In this document: positions 7,794 through 15,761 of the stretch, in pieces
How positions within the stretch are numbered: position 1 is the stretch's first letter
Layout: each line of letters begins with the position of its first letter
Virus record (IMG/VR): IMGVR_UViG_2534682170_000012
Strand: one strand, 5' to 3'
Source: a virus
Taxonomy: Duplodnaviria > Heunggongvirae > Uroviricota > Caudoviricetes
Length of the DNA: 28,108 nt
Made by a program: the position numbers and the translations under genes
The notes under the pieces: model-generated
The model's input: the letters and a program-made list of their open reading frames with translations, nothing else
What the model was told of the DNA's origin: nothing
Databases searched by the model: none

Positions 7794-8603
7794 TCAACCT
7801 ATCTTCTTATGAAGTAAAATTAATTTCTGTATTAATTTGGAATGAAACATTGATATATCAGAAATTCTTATTTCATTAGGCGAGTCTATATGATTGGAAA
7901 CTTCTTCCTCCAAGGAGTCACAAATACTTTCTAGATTTTCAATATCTGCATTTAATTCTGGAAAACTATTAAACAAATATAATGAATCCCGTAACTCTCC
8001 TAGTTTTGGTAAAAGAGTATTACTGAATACACTAAGAAACTCCTCTTCTGATAATGCCATGGAGTTTTTAAAACTTTGCACAACATCGAATGCCAACCCA
8101 TTAATTTTAGGCATAATTACTTCTCTTACCCAATACCCTTCATTAATAGCTTCTTTACGTTCTTTTCTATGTTGAACACAAGGAATAACAAAGGATGAAA
8201 CTAAAGCAAATAAAGAGATGCCAATAGAAATCCACTCTGGACCATTTTCCGGAACCTTTACAATATTATATATATCATAGGAATTTGGAACATCTTTGAA
8301 ATAATTAGCAAATAAATCTTTTTTGTTATCCCTTGCCAGAGATAACTTATGAAAGGTGTCGTTTGCCTTTTCACAAAACATCAAGCCATCATTCGGGTTT
8401 CCGGATAACAAAAACGGTGATGATATACCACTAAGTCCTGAATCGGAAATATAAAAAGGCGTGTTTGGATAAAGTGATTCATTACATTCAATGTTTTCTT
8501 TATTGGAAAAATCTGTCACAGAGCAAGCTGCGGGGAATATAAAAAAAATGACAGACAGCGCTGTCATTTTGATTTGAAAAATATTTTTAAAAGAAGGGAA
8601 CAT
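7794..8603 (-). CDS. Cargo gene 3: membrane protein with signal-peptide/lipobox-like N-terminus and one internal TM helix
   Basis: 269 aa, AT-rich. N-terminal hydrophobic segment ends in PAAC; internal hydrophobic helix WISIGISLFALVSSFVIPCV. Start 8603 overlaps gene 2; an alternative ATG is at 8565-8567. Confidence 0.5.
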   Translation of the reverse strand: MFPSFKNIFQIKMTALSVIFFIFPAACSVTDFSNKENIECNESLYPNTPFYISDSGLSGISSPFLLSGNPNDGLMFCEKANDTFHKLSLARDNKKDLFANYFKDVPNSYDIYNIVKVPENGPEWISIGISLFALVSSFVIPCVQHRKERKEAINEGYWVREVIMPKINGLAFDVVQSFKNSMALSEEEFLSVFSNTLLPKLGELRDSLYLFNSFPELNADIENLESICDSLEEEVSNHIDSPNEIRISDISMFHSKLIQKLILLHKKIG

Positions 8604-8931
8604 TTTTATGTAAGCCTCTCCTTACAGCTCTATCTAATTCAGAAAGCATACCTTCTTTATATTCACGACCATCAAGTACAGTGCGACTATAAAATTCGCT
8701 AGGCGAAGAAAATTTCGGCAAAACCGTTTCAAGCATACCTAGAAAGTATGAGCTTGATACAACAATTCCCTTGGGGATCAATAGATATAATCTATCATTA
8801 CTGGTTGTGCAAAATTTCCCTATATTAAAGTAATCATAGGCCTGGCGCCCATTAGAACGTCCAGCAAAAAGTTTCTTGTTACTATCTTTTACTAACTTAT
8901 TGAAATCTATGGTGATGTCAGCCATTTTCAT
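8587..8931 (-). CDS. Cargo gene 2: small STAS-like protein (anti-sigma-factor-antagonist-like)
   Basis: 114 aa; Ser-rich VVSSSYFLG (8737-8763) resembles the phospho-acceptor motif of SpoIIAA/RsbV-type STAS domains, and the size matches. GAGGA RBS; starts 10 nt after the gene 1 stop. Confidence 0.45.
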   Translation of the reverse strand: MKMADITIDFNKLVKDSNKKLFAGRSNGRQAYDYFNIGKFCTTSNDRLYLLIPKGIVVSSSYFLGMLETVLPKFSSPSEFYSRTVLDGREYKEGMLSELDRAVRRGLHKNVPFF

Positions 8932-8941
8932 GTACCTGTCC

Positions 8942-10321
8942 TCAAGTTCGCTGGGTGGCGTTTTCTGGTAGAGGAAAACGAATATTGATCATAACTCCAG
9001 GAAATCGAGCATCCTTCATACGCTTAAGATAGTTGCGATCCGGTTCAGATTCAAGCCCTACATCATTAAAAGGGTAAGTAAAAATGTCACTTTCCTCGTC
9101 ATTAACCAACCTTTGCTTTAATTTATATGATCCATCAAAGTTAATATGAGTACTACCAGATATTAAAGTCATTTTTATCCCACCTTTAATATCTCTTCCC
9201 ATTTTTTTAAGATTATCATGCATATCTTGAAATAACTTCAATAATTCAATTGTTCCGGTGCCAGAACTGTCAGTTTCTTTCTCGTTTTTACAACTCACCC
9301 GCCCTTGCAAGGCCGCTACTGTTGTTAATCCTTCCTTAAACATACCCTTTTTCTTAATATGCTTATTTATGTATGGATTAACTTGTTGACTTAATGAAAA
9401 ATGATCCTCAGGTAAATTATCAAAAGTTTCGCTGATAGTTTTCCCAAAATTGAAAACAGCCAACTCACATATGGGGTTTCGTACGTTATTATTAACAAAA
9501 CCTCTCAAATACCAGCGTGGGCGTTGCTCTAACCCACAATGCCGCTCCGCATTATCAAGGAGTTCCCCCATGCAGGAAGTTAAATGCTTTTCTGCCTCAT
9601 GTACAAGTTTTAAATTATGATCATTTAAGCATTCGTTTATGTATGCGGTAAATTTTTCAGCAGTGACATTTTTTCTGTCATGGGCAAAGGCAGAAGCATT
9701 CTCCTTTCCGATACTATCAGCAGAGAAGATTCGTTTCTTCGGATTCGCTTTTTTCGATGCTTCAGTAGAGTCCAGAACTTTACCTGGTGCAGCATTACTA
9801 ATCTCTTTTACAAGCCCGACATCCCTGATAATTTCAAGATACTGTTCATCTTTAGGGTAGATACCATTAATCTGAATCATCGTATCTTTGAAATTTATAT
9901 TACTTTGCCTTGCTGCTGTAAGAGCAACACCTAATAGACACTCAAGACCAAGACAGTGTTTTTTGTTTTTCTTGTAATCAAAAATATATGATTTCCATTT
10001 ACCTCTTGCAATTAATTTTGTGGCTGCACTAATAAATAGCAGAGATTTCTCTGGATTGTCATATAAGTCAAAATATTTAGGTATTAATATCTTCTCTGCG
10101 TCACGACGAAGAATTGATGAGTCATACTCTTTTATAATCGATATATTTTCAATGAACGTAGCGACTTGGTTTTGGACAGGAGTTGTTTCATCGGAAAAAC
10201 GAAGACTACCATTTTTCTCTTGCGCAGGCTTTTTTTTCTTAGCTCTCTCAACGCTACGAAGAAATCGCAACCATCCACGTAAAAAGGTTCTTTTAGAATC
10301 TTCTTTATTGATTTTTTTCAT
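8942..10321 (-). CDS. Cargo gene 1: large protein with GHKL/anti-sigma-kinase-like ATPase motifs
   Basis: ORF-track frame 8942-10417 begins at a TTG; the first ATG is at 10319-10321 (MKKINKED...). ELLDNAERHCG (9539-9565) resembles the N-box of SpoIIAB/RsbW-type Bergerat ATPases; Gly-rich DSSGTGT (9239-9271) lies downstream. Strongly AT-rich. Confidence 0.5.
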   Translation of the reverse strand: MKKINKEDSKRTFLRGWLRFLRSVERAKKKKPAQEKNGSLRFSDETTPVQNQVATFIENISIIKEYDSSILRRDAEKILIPKYFDLYDNPEKSLLFISAATKLIARGKWKSYIFDYKKNKKHCLGLECLLGVALTAARQSNINFKDTMIQINGIYPKDEQYLEIIRDVGLVKEISNAAPGKVLDSTEASKKANPKKRIFSADSIGKENASAFAHDRKNVTAEKFTAYINECLNDHNLKLVHEAEKHLTSCMGELLDNAERHCGLEQRPRWYLRGFVNNNVRNPICELAVFNFGKTISETFDNLPEDHFSLSQQVNPYINKHIKKKGMFKEGLTTVAALQGRVSCKNEKETDSSGTGTIELLKLFQDMHDNLKKMGRDIKGGIKMTLISGSTHINFDGSYKLKQRLVNDEESDIFTYPFNDVGLESEPDRNYLKRMKDARFPGVMINIRFPLPENATQRT

Positions 10322-10400
10322 TTCCAAATGTTCCTGCAAAGTTAACGTAGCCCACAAGGCGCTAAGTATACTTTCTGCTATATTTTTTTCACTATACAAA

Positions 10401-10428
10401 TGCACAATAGTGCACAAATTTGCACAAT
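10401..10428. repeat. Three direct TGCACAA repeats at 10-bp phasing upstream of the cargo operon; a fourth copy at 10493-10499
   Basis: TGCACAA at 10401, 10411 and 10421, read directly. Possible operator or packaging-recognition element. Confidence 0.3.
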
Positions 10429-10800
10429 TTTTTTGAACGACTTTTTGCCCTTCCGGCCCGCATGGTGGCTGGATCCGTCAAGGATCCGTGCGTGCACAAA
10501 AAAACGCATTTTTTCTGCGCGCAGGTGACGGGGGAACAGCCCGCGTTTCAGGGGGTAAATAGCATCCCCTGAACGATGTCGCAGCGACACAACAGAATGG
10601 CTGTATTTCTCACGCTGAGCGTGAAAAAGACGTGAGGGCTTTTGATTTGATGGGGTGAAAGGTAAGGCCGTCAAAATCGCACTGAGACGGCGAGAACATG
10701 CAGTCAACGCGGTGGGATTGCGTAAGAGTCTGACTGTCGATGATGGCAATCAGCAGGAAAGCGTCGTGAAATTATCTGACTGATACAGGAGCTGGAGAGT

Positions 10801-10825
10801 CGGGGCATAAATTTTTTATGCCCCG
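10801..10825. repeat. Perfect 11-bp-arm palindrome (CGGGGCATAAA ttt TTTATGCCCCG) between the cargo operon and the portal gene
   Basis: Read directly; not followed by a clear U-tract on either strand. Confidence 0.4.
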
Positions 10826-10851
10826 GCGAAGCAGCAGACAAGCGAAGCGCG

Positions 10852-11898
10852 TCAGGATGTGGGCTGGGTGTCTAACAGTGCGTAAGGGTTAAAGCGGATC
10901 ACCTCTTCGCCAAGCCAGTCATTGATGTGCTTCATGGCCTCCATGACGGGCATCAGCTCGTTAATTGCGTAAACCCGCGCGGCCTTCTCCACATCACCAA
11001 ACGCACTTTTTTCGCCCGGCATCGCCCCCATCAGTTGCGGCGGAACGCGGTGCGCAGCCAGCACATCATCACGGGATGCCGCCTTAACATTCATGAACTC
11101 ATCTTTTGCGGTGATCTGCTGGAACGGCAAAATTTGCACCCCTTCTTTGCCCCCGTTGGGCGCATGAATGAGCACGTTTTTAAATGCACCACCACCACGC
11201 GCACCCTGTAACGTTTCTTTCAGGGAGTCCATGCTTTCGCGGTTTACCTGCGCTGCACCGATGTAGATGATGCACCCGGCGTGGGATCCGTTGTCGTAGT
11301 ACAGTTTTCTGAACATGTCCGCCGAATGAGAAAGGCTGGCCGAGAGTAATGCGCCAAGATATTCCGGCATGCCGTAGATTTCCTGGTTAATATCCGGATT
11401 CATCAGGTGGCACACTTTGCCAGGGCGAAACTGGAACGCGTCCTTGCCATCCTGCACATACCACCATGATTCAAGATCGCTTCCGCGTCGCATGTATTTC
11501 GCCAGGGCGTGCCGTAATTTAAGCGGTTCGCCGAGCATATTGCTCCGAAGCTCAAGGAATGCGTTACCGAACACAAACCAGTCCAGCGCCAGCGCCGAGA
11601 AATCCTGCCGGGAAAGCAGCGGGTGCGGGATGTAGCAACCGAGTAATACATTGCGCTTAAAGTAAAGCGCAGACTGATGCCAGGACGTTTGCCGGGCGGC
11701 TCTTGCCAGACCGTACCAGTCCACCGGGGTTTCATACCACCGCCCGTTATCAGCACAGTACATATTGTCCAGCAGGTCATGCCCGGTCAGGCGATAAGGA
11801 CCATCAAATGTGAATGCACTGAGCGATGATTCTTTCCTGAGCGCATCAGCGAGATCAATGCGTGAACTCATGCGCACTTTTTTATTTTTTCTGCTCAT
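10852..11898 (-). CDS. Q: Portal protein, P2 gpQ family
   Basis: 348 aa; size, position and orientation (convergent with the cargo operon, upstream partner of the terminase) as in P2. Confidence 0.85.
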   Translation of the reverse strand: MSRKNKKVRMSSRIDLADALRKESSLSAFTFDGPYRLTGHDLLDNMYCADNGRWYETPVDWYGLARAARQTSWHQSALYFKRNVLLGCYIPHPLLSRQDFSALALDWFVFGNAFLELRSNMLGEPLKLRHALAKYMRRGSDLESWWYVQDGKDAFQFRPGKVCHLMNPDINQEIYGMPEYLGALLSASLSHSADMFRKLYYDNGSHAGCIIYIGAAQVNRESMDSLKETLQGARGGGAFKNVLIHAPNGGKEGVQILPFQQITAKDEFMNVKAASRDDVLAAHRVPPQLMGAMPGEKSAFGDVEKAARVYAINELMPVMEAMKHINDWLGEEVIRFNPYALLDTQPTS

Positions 11899-13649
11899 CA
11901 GAACTCCATAACCGTGAAACGCTCGTTTTCTCCTTCGCCGCCAATTGGTTCGTTAATGACAGCAAGCATGGTTGCCCACGCAAGGTCGCCGTGGCTGATC
12001 CCCCTCGCGCGGTCCGTTTCGTAAGTGATAAAGCCGCCCGGTGTTTTCACCTTACGCACGGCGTTAAAGGCCGCGACCAGCTCGCGTTCGGCGCGATCGT
12101 ATTCCCACCGCCCTGCACGCATTATTTGCAGCATTTTCAGTACCAGCGACCGTTTTGATGACAGCGTGAAGGTGTACGGAATAGCGGCAGGGAAAAACCG
12201 TTTCACTATCTGATAAACAGCCTCCCCGTTCCCGCCCGTCACATCAATGCCGATGTGTTCCACGTTGTAGTGACACGTGAACTCTTCAATGACTCTGGCC
12301 TGTTCTTCAAACTCCAGCCCCTGAACGCGTCGCGTCTCCACCGTTCGAAAACGGCCACCAGGAACAGCCGGAGGAACCACCACGGACACAGCGCCGCTGT
12401 CGCCGTTGCCACTGCTGCCGTTTGCGTCATACCCAATCCATACCGGGCGATTCCCCATCGGGCGGGGAGCAAAAGGTTTCCAGTCTTTCCAGTCGTCGTA
12501 TCCGTCAACACCACAGCCAATCAGGATATTCAGGTTAAATGCCGATTCCCCTTCGCGGACAAACTCACACATATAGAGATTGAGGAACTCGTCTTCGGTG
12601 TTTTCATCACGAATTTCATCAATATCGGTGTGTTTCCAGCCGTGATTAACCACATCTTCCAGCGTGACAATTTGCCGCCACGTCCGGTCAGGGCAGATAA
12701 GCCCGTTATGCAGCGTTTTCCAGTCCACAGAAAAACGCTGGCGTTTATGCGTGGCCTTTTTCTCGTTCCAGCGGTCGCCGTTCCAGTAGGCGTATGCCTC
12801 GTGCGTTTCGGTGGATGGCGTGGAGAAGTAGGTGCGCCGCAGTCCGCTGAGGGTTGCCATAGCGCCAGCCACCTTGCGCAGTTCAGCAAAGCGACTGACC
12901 CAGAAGAATTCATCAAAATAAAAATTGCCCGTATAGGACTGTGCCGACGCAGCAGAAGTGCCGAGAAAATGCAGCTCTGCGCCGTTGGAGAGGATGATTT
13001 TATCGCCCCCTTTCAGCTCCACATCAACTTCAGCCGCGGCCTTCTGAATAATGCTTTTAAACTGGAACGCCTGACGACGCGACGCAGACAAAAAAATCTG
13101 GTTACGCTGATAAGGTTGCACCACATCGTCACGCAGCGCCATCAGCAGTGCTTCCTGTGCAAAATACCAGGTCGCCCCAATCTGTCGGGATTTCAGGATC
13201 ATCCTGTTACGTATCCCGGCTTCCCTGCAAAGGGTCAGGGAGTCAAACCAGCCCCGCTGATGCCACTCCAGCCTGCTGATGATTTTTTCCCGCAGTGCGG
13301 CAATCTGTTCCGGCGTGAAATGATTTTTGAGTTTTTTCGCCCGGCCTTTCTTTCCTGCGGCCATCACATCCGGCTGGCCATCATGCAGCTTTTTAAGCTG
13401 CCGTGTCAGCAGGTCTATTTCCTTGAAGTCACCGCCTGTTTTATTCTGTTTTTCAGTAAGCTGGATGAGGCGCGCATCAATGGATTGCGTGACACGCTGC
13501 ACGGGTGGCGTTTCATCCCACTGGTCGCGTTTTTTCCACGCATAAATCGTGTTCGGGTTTATTCCCATCAGACGTGATATTTCTGCGGGCGGATAACCCT
13601 GCCAGTAAAGTTGTCGCGCACGCTGGCGCACAAAAGCGTCCTGAATCAT
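11898..13649 (-). CDS. P: Terminase large (ATPase) subunit, P2 gpP family
   Basis: 583 aa; N-terminus MIQDAFVRQRARQLYWQGYPPAEISRLMGINPNTIYAWKKRDQWDE is gpP-like. Divergent from the O-N-M-L operon as in P2. Confidence 0.88.
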   Translation of the reverse strand: MIQDAFVRQRARQLYWQGYPPAEISRLMGINPNTIYAWKKRDQWDETPPVQRVTQSIDARLIQLTEKQNKTGGDFKEIDLLTRQLKKLHDGQPDVMAAGKKGRAKKLKNHFTPEQIAALREKIISRLEWHQRGWFDSLTLCREAGIRNRMILKSRQIGATWYFAQEALLMALRDDVVQPYQRNQIFLSASRRQAFQFKSIIQKAAAEVDVELKGGDKIILSNGAELHFLGTSAASAQSYTGNFYFDEFFWVSRFAELRKVAGAMATLSGLRRTYFSTPSTETHEAYAYWNGDRWNEKKATHKRQRFSVDWKTLHNGLICPDRTWRQIVTLEDVVNHGWKHTDIDEIRDENTEDEFLNLYMCEFVREGESAFNLNILIGCGVDGYDDWKDWKPFAPRPMGNRPVWIGYDANGSSGNGDSGAVSVVVPPAVPGGRFRTVETRRVQGLEFEEQARVIEEFTCHYNVEHIGIDVTGGNGEAVYQIVKRFFPAAIPYTFTLSSKRSLVLKMLQIMRAGRWEYDRAERELVAAFNAVRKVKTPGGFITYETDRARGISHGDLAWATMLAVINEPIGGEGENERFTVMEF

Positions 13650-13803
13650 TGCTCCCCCTGAGTAATTACAGGAAGATTACCCGCGCGCGAAACCGTTCTC
13701 CTTAACCCCCTGTTCTGACTGTTTTCTTACAACAAAAGCCCTTTGTATCAGCCTGTTACGCTTTGCCATCATGACTGAAGAACCAGTCAGAGGGGCAAAA
13801 ACT

Positions 13804-14640
13804 ATGGCTAATGAAAAAAAGACATCCCGCAAAAAGTTTCGCGTGGCTGTCTCCGGTGTAACGGCAGACGGGCGCGAAATCAACGGCGACATGCTGAAAG
13901 CTGCCGCCACCAGTTATAACCCGTCCGTTTATGGTGCACGTGTGAATATTGAGCACATCTTGTCACCACTCCCCGGTAGCGAGTTTTCCGCTATGGGCGA
14001 TGTTGTGGGGTTGAGCACCGAAGACATAACCGATGGCCCGCTGGCAGGTCGCACGGCACTGTATGCCGAAATTGAGCCGACCGCTCGCATGATGTCCCTG
14101 CTTAACGATGGTAAAAAAATATACTCCAGTATTGAGCTGGAACCACAGTCAACCATCACGGGAGGCCCTTACCTGCGCGGGCTGGCAATGACCGACACCC
14201 CCGCCAGCCTGGGCACGGAACGTCTGGCCTTTGCGGCACAACAACGTATGCAACTGATGACATTCAACTGTCAGCAGGGAGACGTGGCGATGTTTACCGC
14301 CGCTATGGAGTCAGAACTTATCGAACTCACCGAACAACGTCAGGAAGAAGGCACCCAGTGGTTTAACCGCGTTATGGGGATTATTGGCCGTGGCCGCAAA
14401 GCGGATGACGCCAGTTTCTCCCGTATTCAGGAAGCGGTGGAAGGTGTCGCAACGTCACAGGCCGACATTATCGACCGTTTTAATGCGCTGGAAACCCGCC
14501 ATCAGCAGGACAGCCAGAAAATCACTTTACTGACCACAGAGCTGACAGCACTGAAGGAAAAACTGCGCACGCAGGACGGCGATCCGCAGAACCGGTTCAC
14601 CGCAACGGGCGCAGCCTCCGATCAACTGGCTGACTTCTGA
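13804..14640 (+). CDS. O: Capsid scaffolding protein, P2 gpO family
   Basis: Start taken at MANEKKTSRKKFRVAVSG (GAGGGG RBS) rather than the ORF-track start at 13771. The VYG.R.N.EH and GLA.TD.PASLGTE segments match remembered gpO. Confidence 0.85.
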   Translation: MANEKKTSRKKFRVAVSGVTADGREINGDMLKAAATSYNPSVYGARVNIEHILSPLPGSEFSAMGDVVGLSTEDITDGPLAGRTALYAEIEPTARMMSLLNDGKKIYSSIELEPQSTITGGPYLRGLAMTDTPASLGTERLAFAAQQRMQLMTFNCQQGDVAMFTAAMESELIELTEQRQEEGTQWFNRVMGIIGRGRKADDASFSRIQEAVEGVATSQADIIDRFNALETRHQQDSQKITLLTTELTALKEKLRTQDGDPQNRFTATGAASDQLADF

Positions 14641-14663
14641 TAAGACAAAGGAGCAATTTTTTT

Positions 14664-15716
14664 ATGAATCTGGTGATGTCAGATATTACCCGCAACAAGC
14701 TGGGTTGCTATATGGCGCAGCAGGCGTCGCTTAACAACATCCCGGTATCTGCACTGGTATCGCGATTTACCGTGGAACCCTCGGTGCAGCAGCGTTTTGA
14801 AAACGCAGTAAAGGAGAGCACTGAATTTACAAAAAAAATTAACGTGTTCGGTGTGACCGACCAGAAAGGCGAAAAAATCCTCCTGGACACCACCGGGCCG
14901 ATTGCGCGCACGAATACCAGTTATGACGGCACAAAACGCCGTAACCCGAATAACGTGGTTGATCTGAAAAACCGCAAATATCAGTGCGAACAGGTGAACT
15001 ACGACACGTTTATTTCGTATCCGCAGCTTGATGCCTGGGCGGCACACCCTGATTTTCAGTCACGCGTCAGCACACAGATTGCCCGGCAGGTGGCGCTTGA
15101 CCGCATCATGATCGGTTTCAACGGCACGTCTCACGCAGATGAGTCCAACTTCAGCACCAACAAGCTGCTTCAGGACGTTAACGTGGGATGGCTGGAGCAC
15201 ATCAGAACCGACGCCAGCGAGCGCGTAATGAATGACGTGACGCTGACCTCCCGCAACATGGACAACACCGTGGCGCACGCGGGTAAGTATGCGAACGCTG
15301 ATGCACTGGTACAGGACGCGCGCTCATCCCTGCTGGATGAATGGCACAAGGAAGCTGACGACCTCGTGGTGATTATGGGGCGCAACCTGTTTAACTCGCT
15401 GCGTCTGCCCGTGCTGAACAGCATCAGCGGCCAGAATCCCAATGCGGAATTACTTGCCGGACAGCTCATCCTGTCATCGCGCGCCATTGGCGGGCTGGAT
15501 GTATTCCTTGCGCCGTTCTTCCCGGATTCAACGATGCTGATCACCTCGTTCAATAACCTGTCGATTTACTGGCAGAAAGGAACAATGCGTCGCCTGATGA
15601 AAGACGAGCCGGAATACAACCGCATCGCCACCTACCAGTCCATCAATGACGCTTATGTCGTTGAAGACTATGGCAAGTGCGCGATGGTCACTGGCCTGAA
15701 GTTCGCCGACAGCTAA
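14664..15716 (+). CDS. N: Major capsid protein, P2 gpN family
   Basis: 350 aa; FTVEPSV, GEKI, IMIGFNG and LQDVNVGWL segments match remembered gpN; AAGGAG RBS. Confidence 0.88.
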   Translation: MNLVMSDITRNKLGCYMAQQASLNNIPVSALVSRFTVEPSVQQRFENAVKESTEFTKKINVFGVTDQKGEKILLDTTGPIARTNTSYDGTKRRNPNNVVDLKNRKYQCEQVNYDTFISYPQLDAWAAHPDFQSRVSTQIARQVALDRIMIGFNGTSHADESNFSTNKLLQDVNVGWLEHIRTDASERVMNDVTLTSRNMDNTVAHAGKYANADALVQDARSSLLDEWHKEADDLVVIMGRNLFNSLRLPVLNSISGQNPNAELLAGQLILSSRAIGGLDVFLAPFFPDSTMLITSFNNLSIYWQKGTMRRLMKDEPEYNRIATYQSINDAYVVEDYGKCAMVTGLKFADS

Positions 15717-15761
15717 TCAACTCACGGCGGGCATCATGCCCGCCTGTAACGGAGAGAAAAA

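Noticed and set aside
12255-13577. 440-aa plus-strand ORF antisense to the large terminase gene
   Set aside because: It completely overlaps the strongly supported terminase frame, and its translation is Arg/Leu/Pro-rich without motifs.
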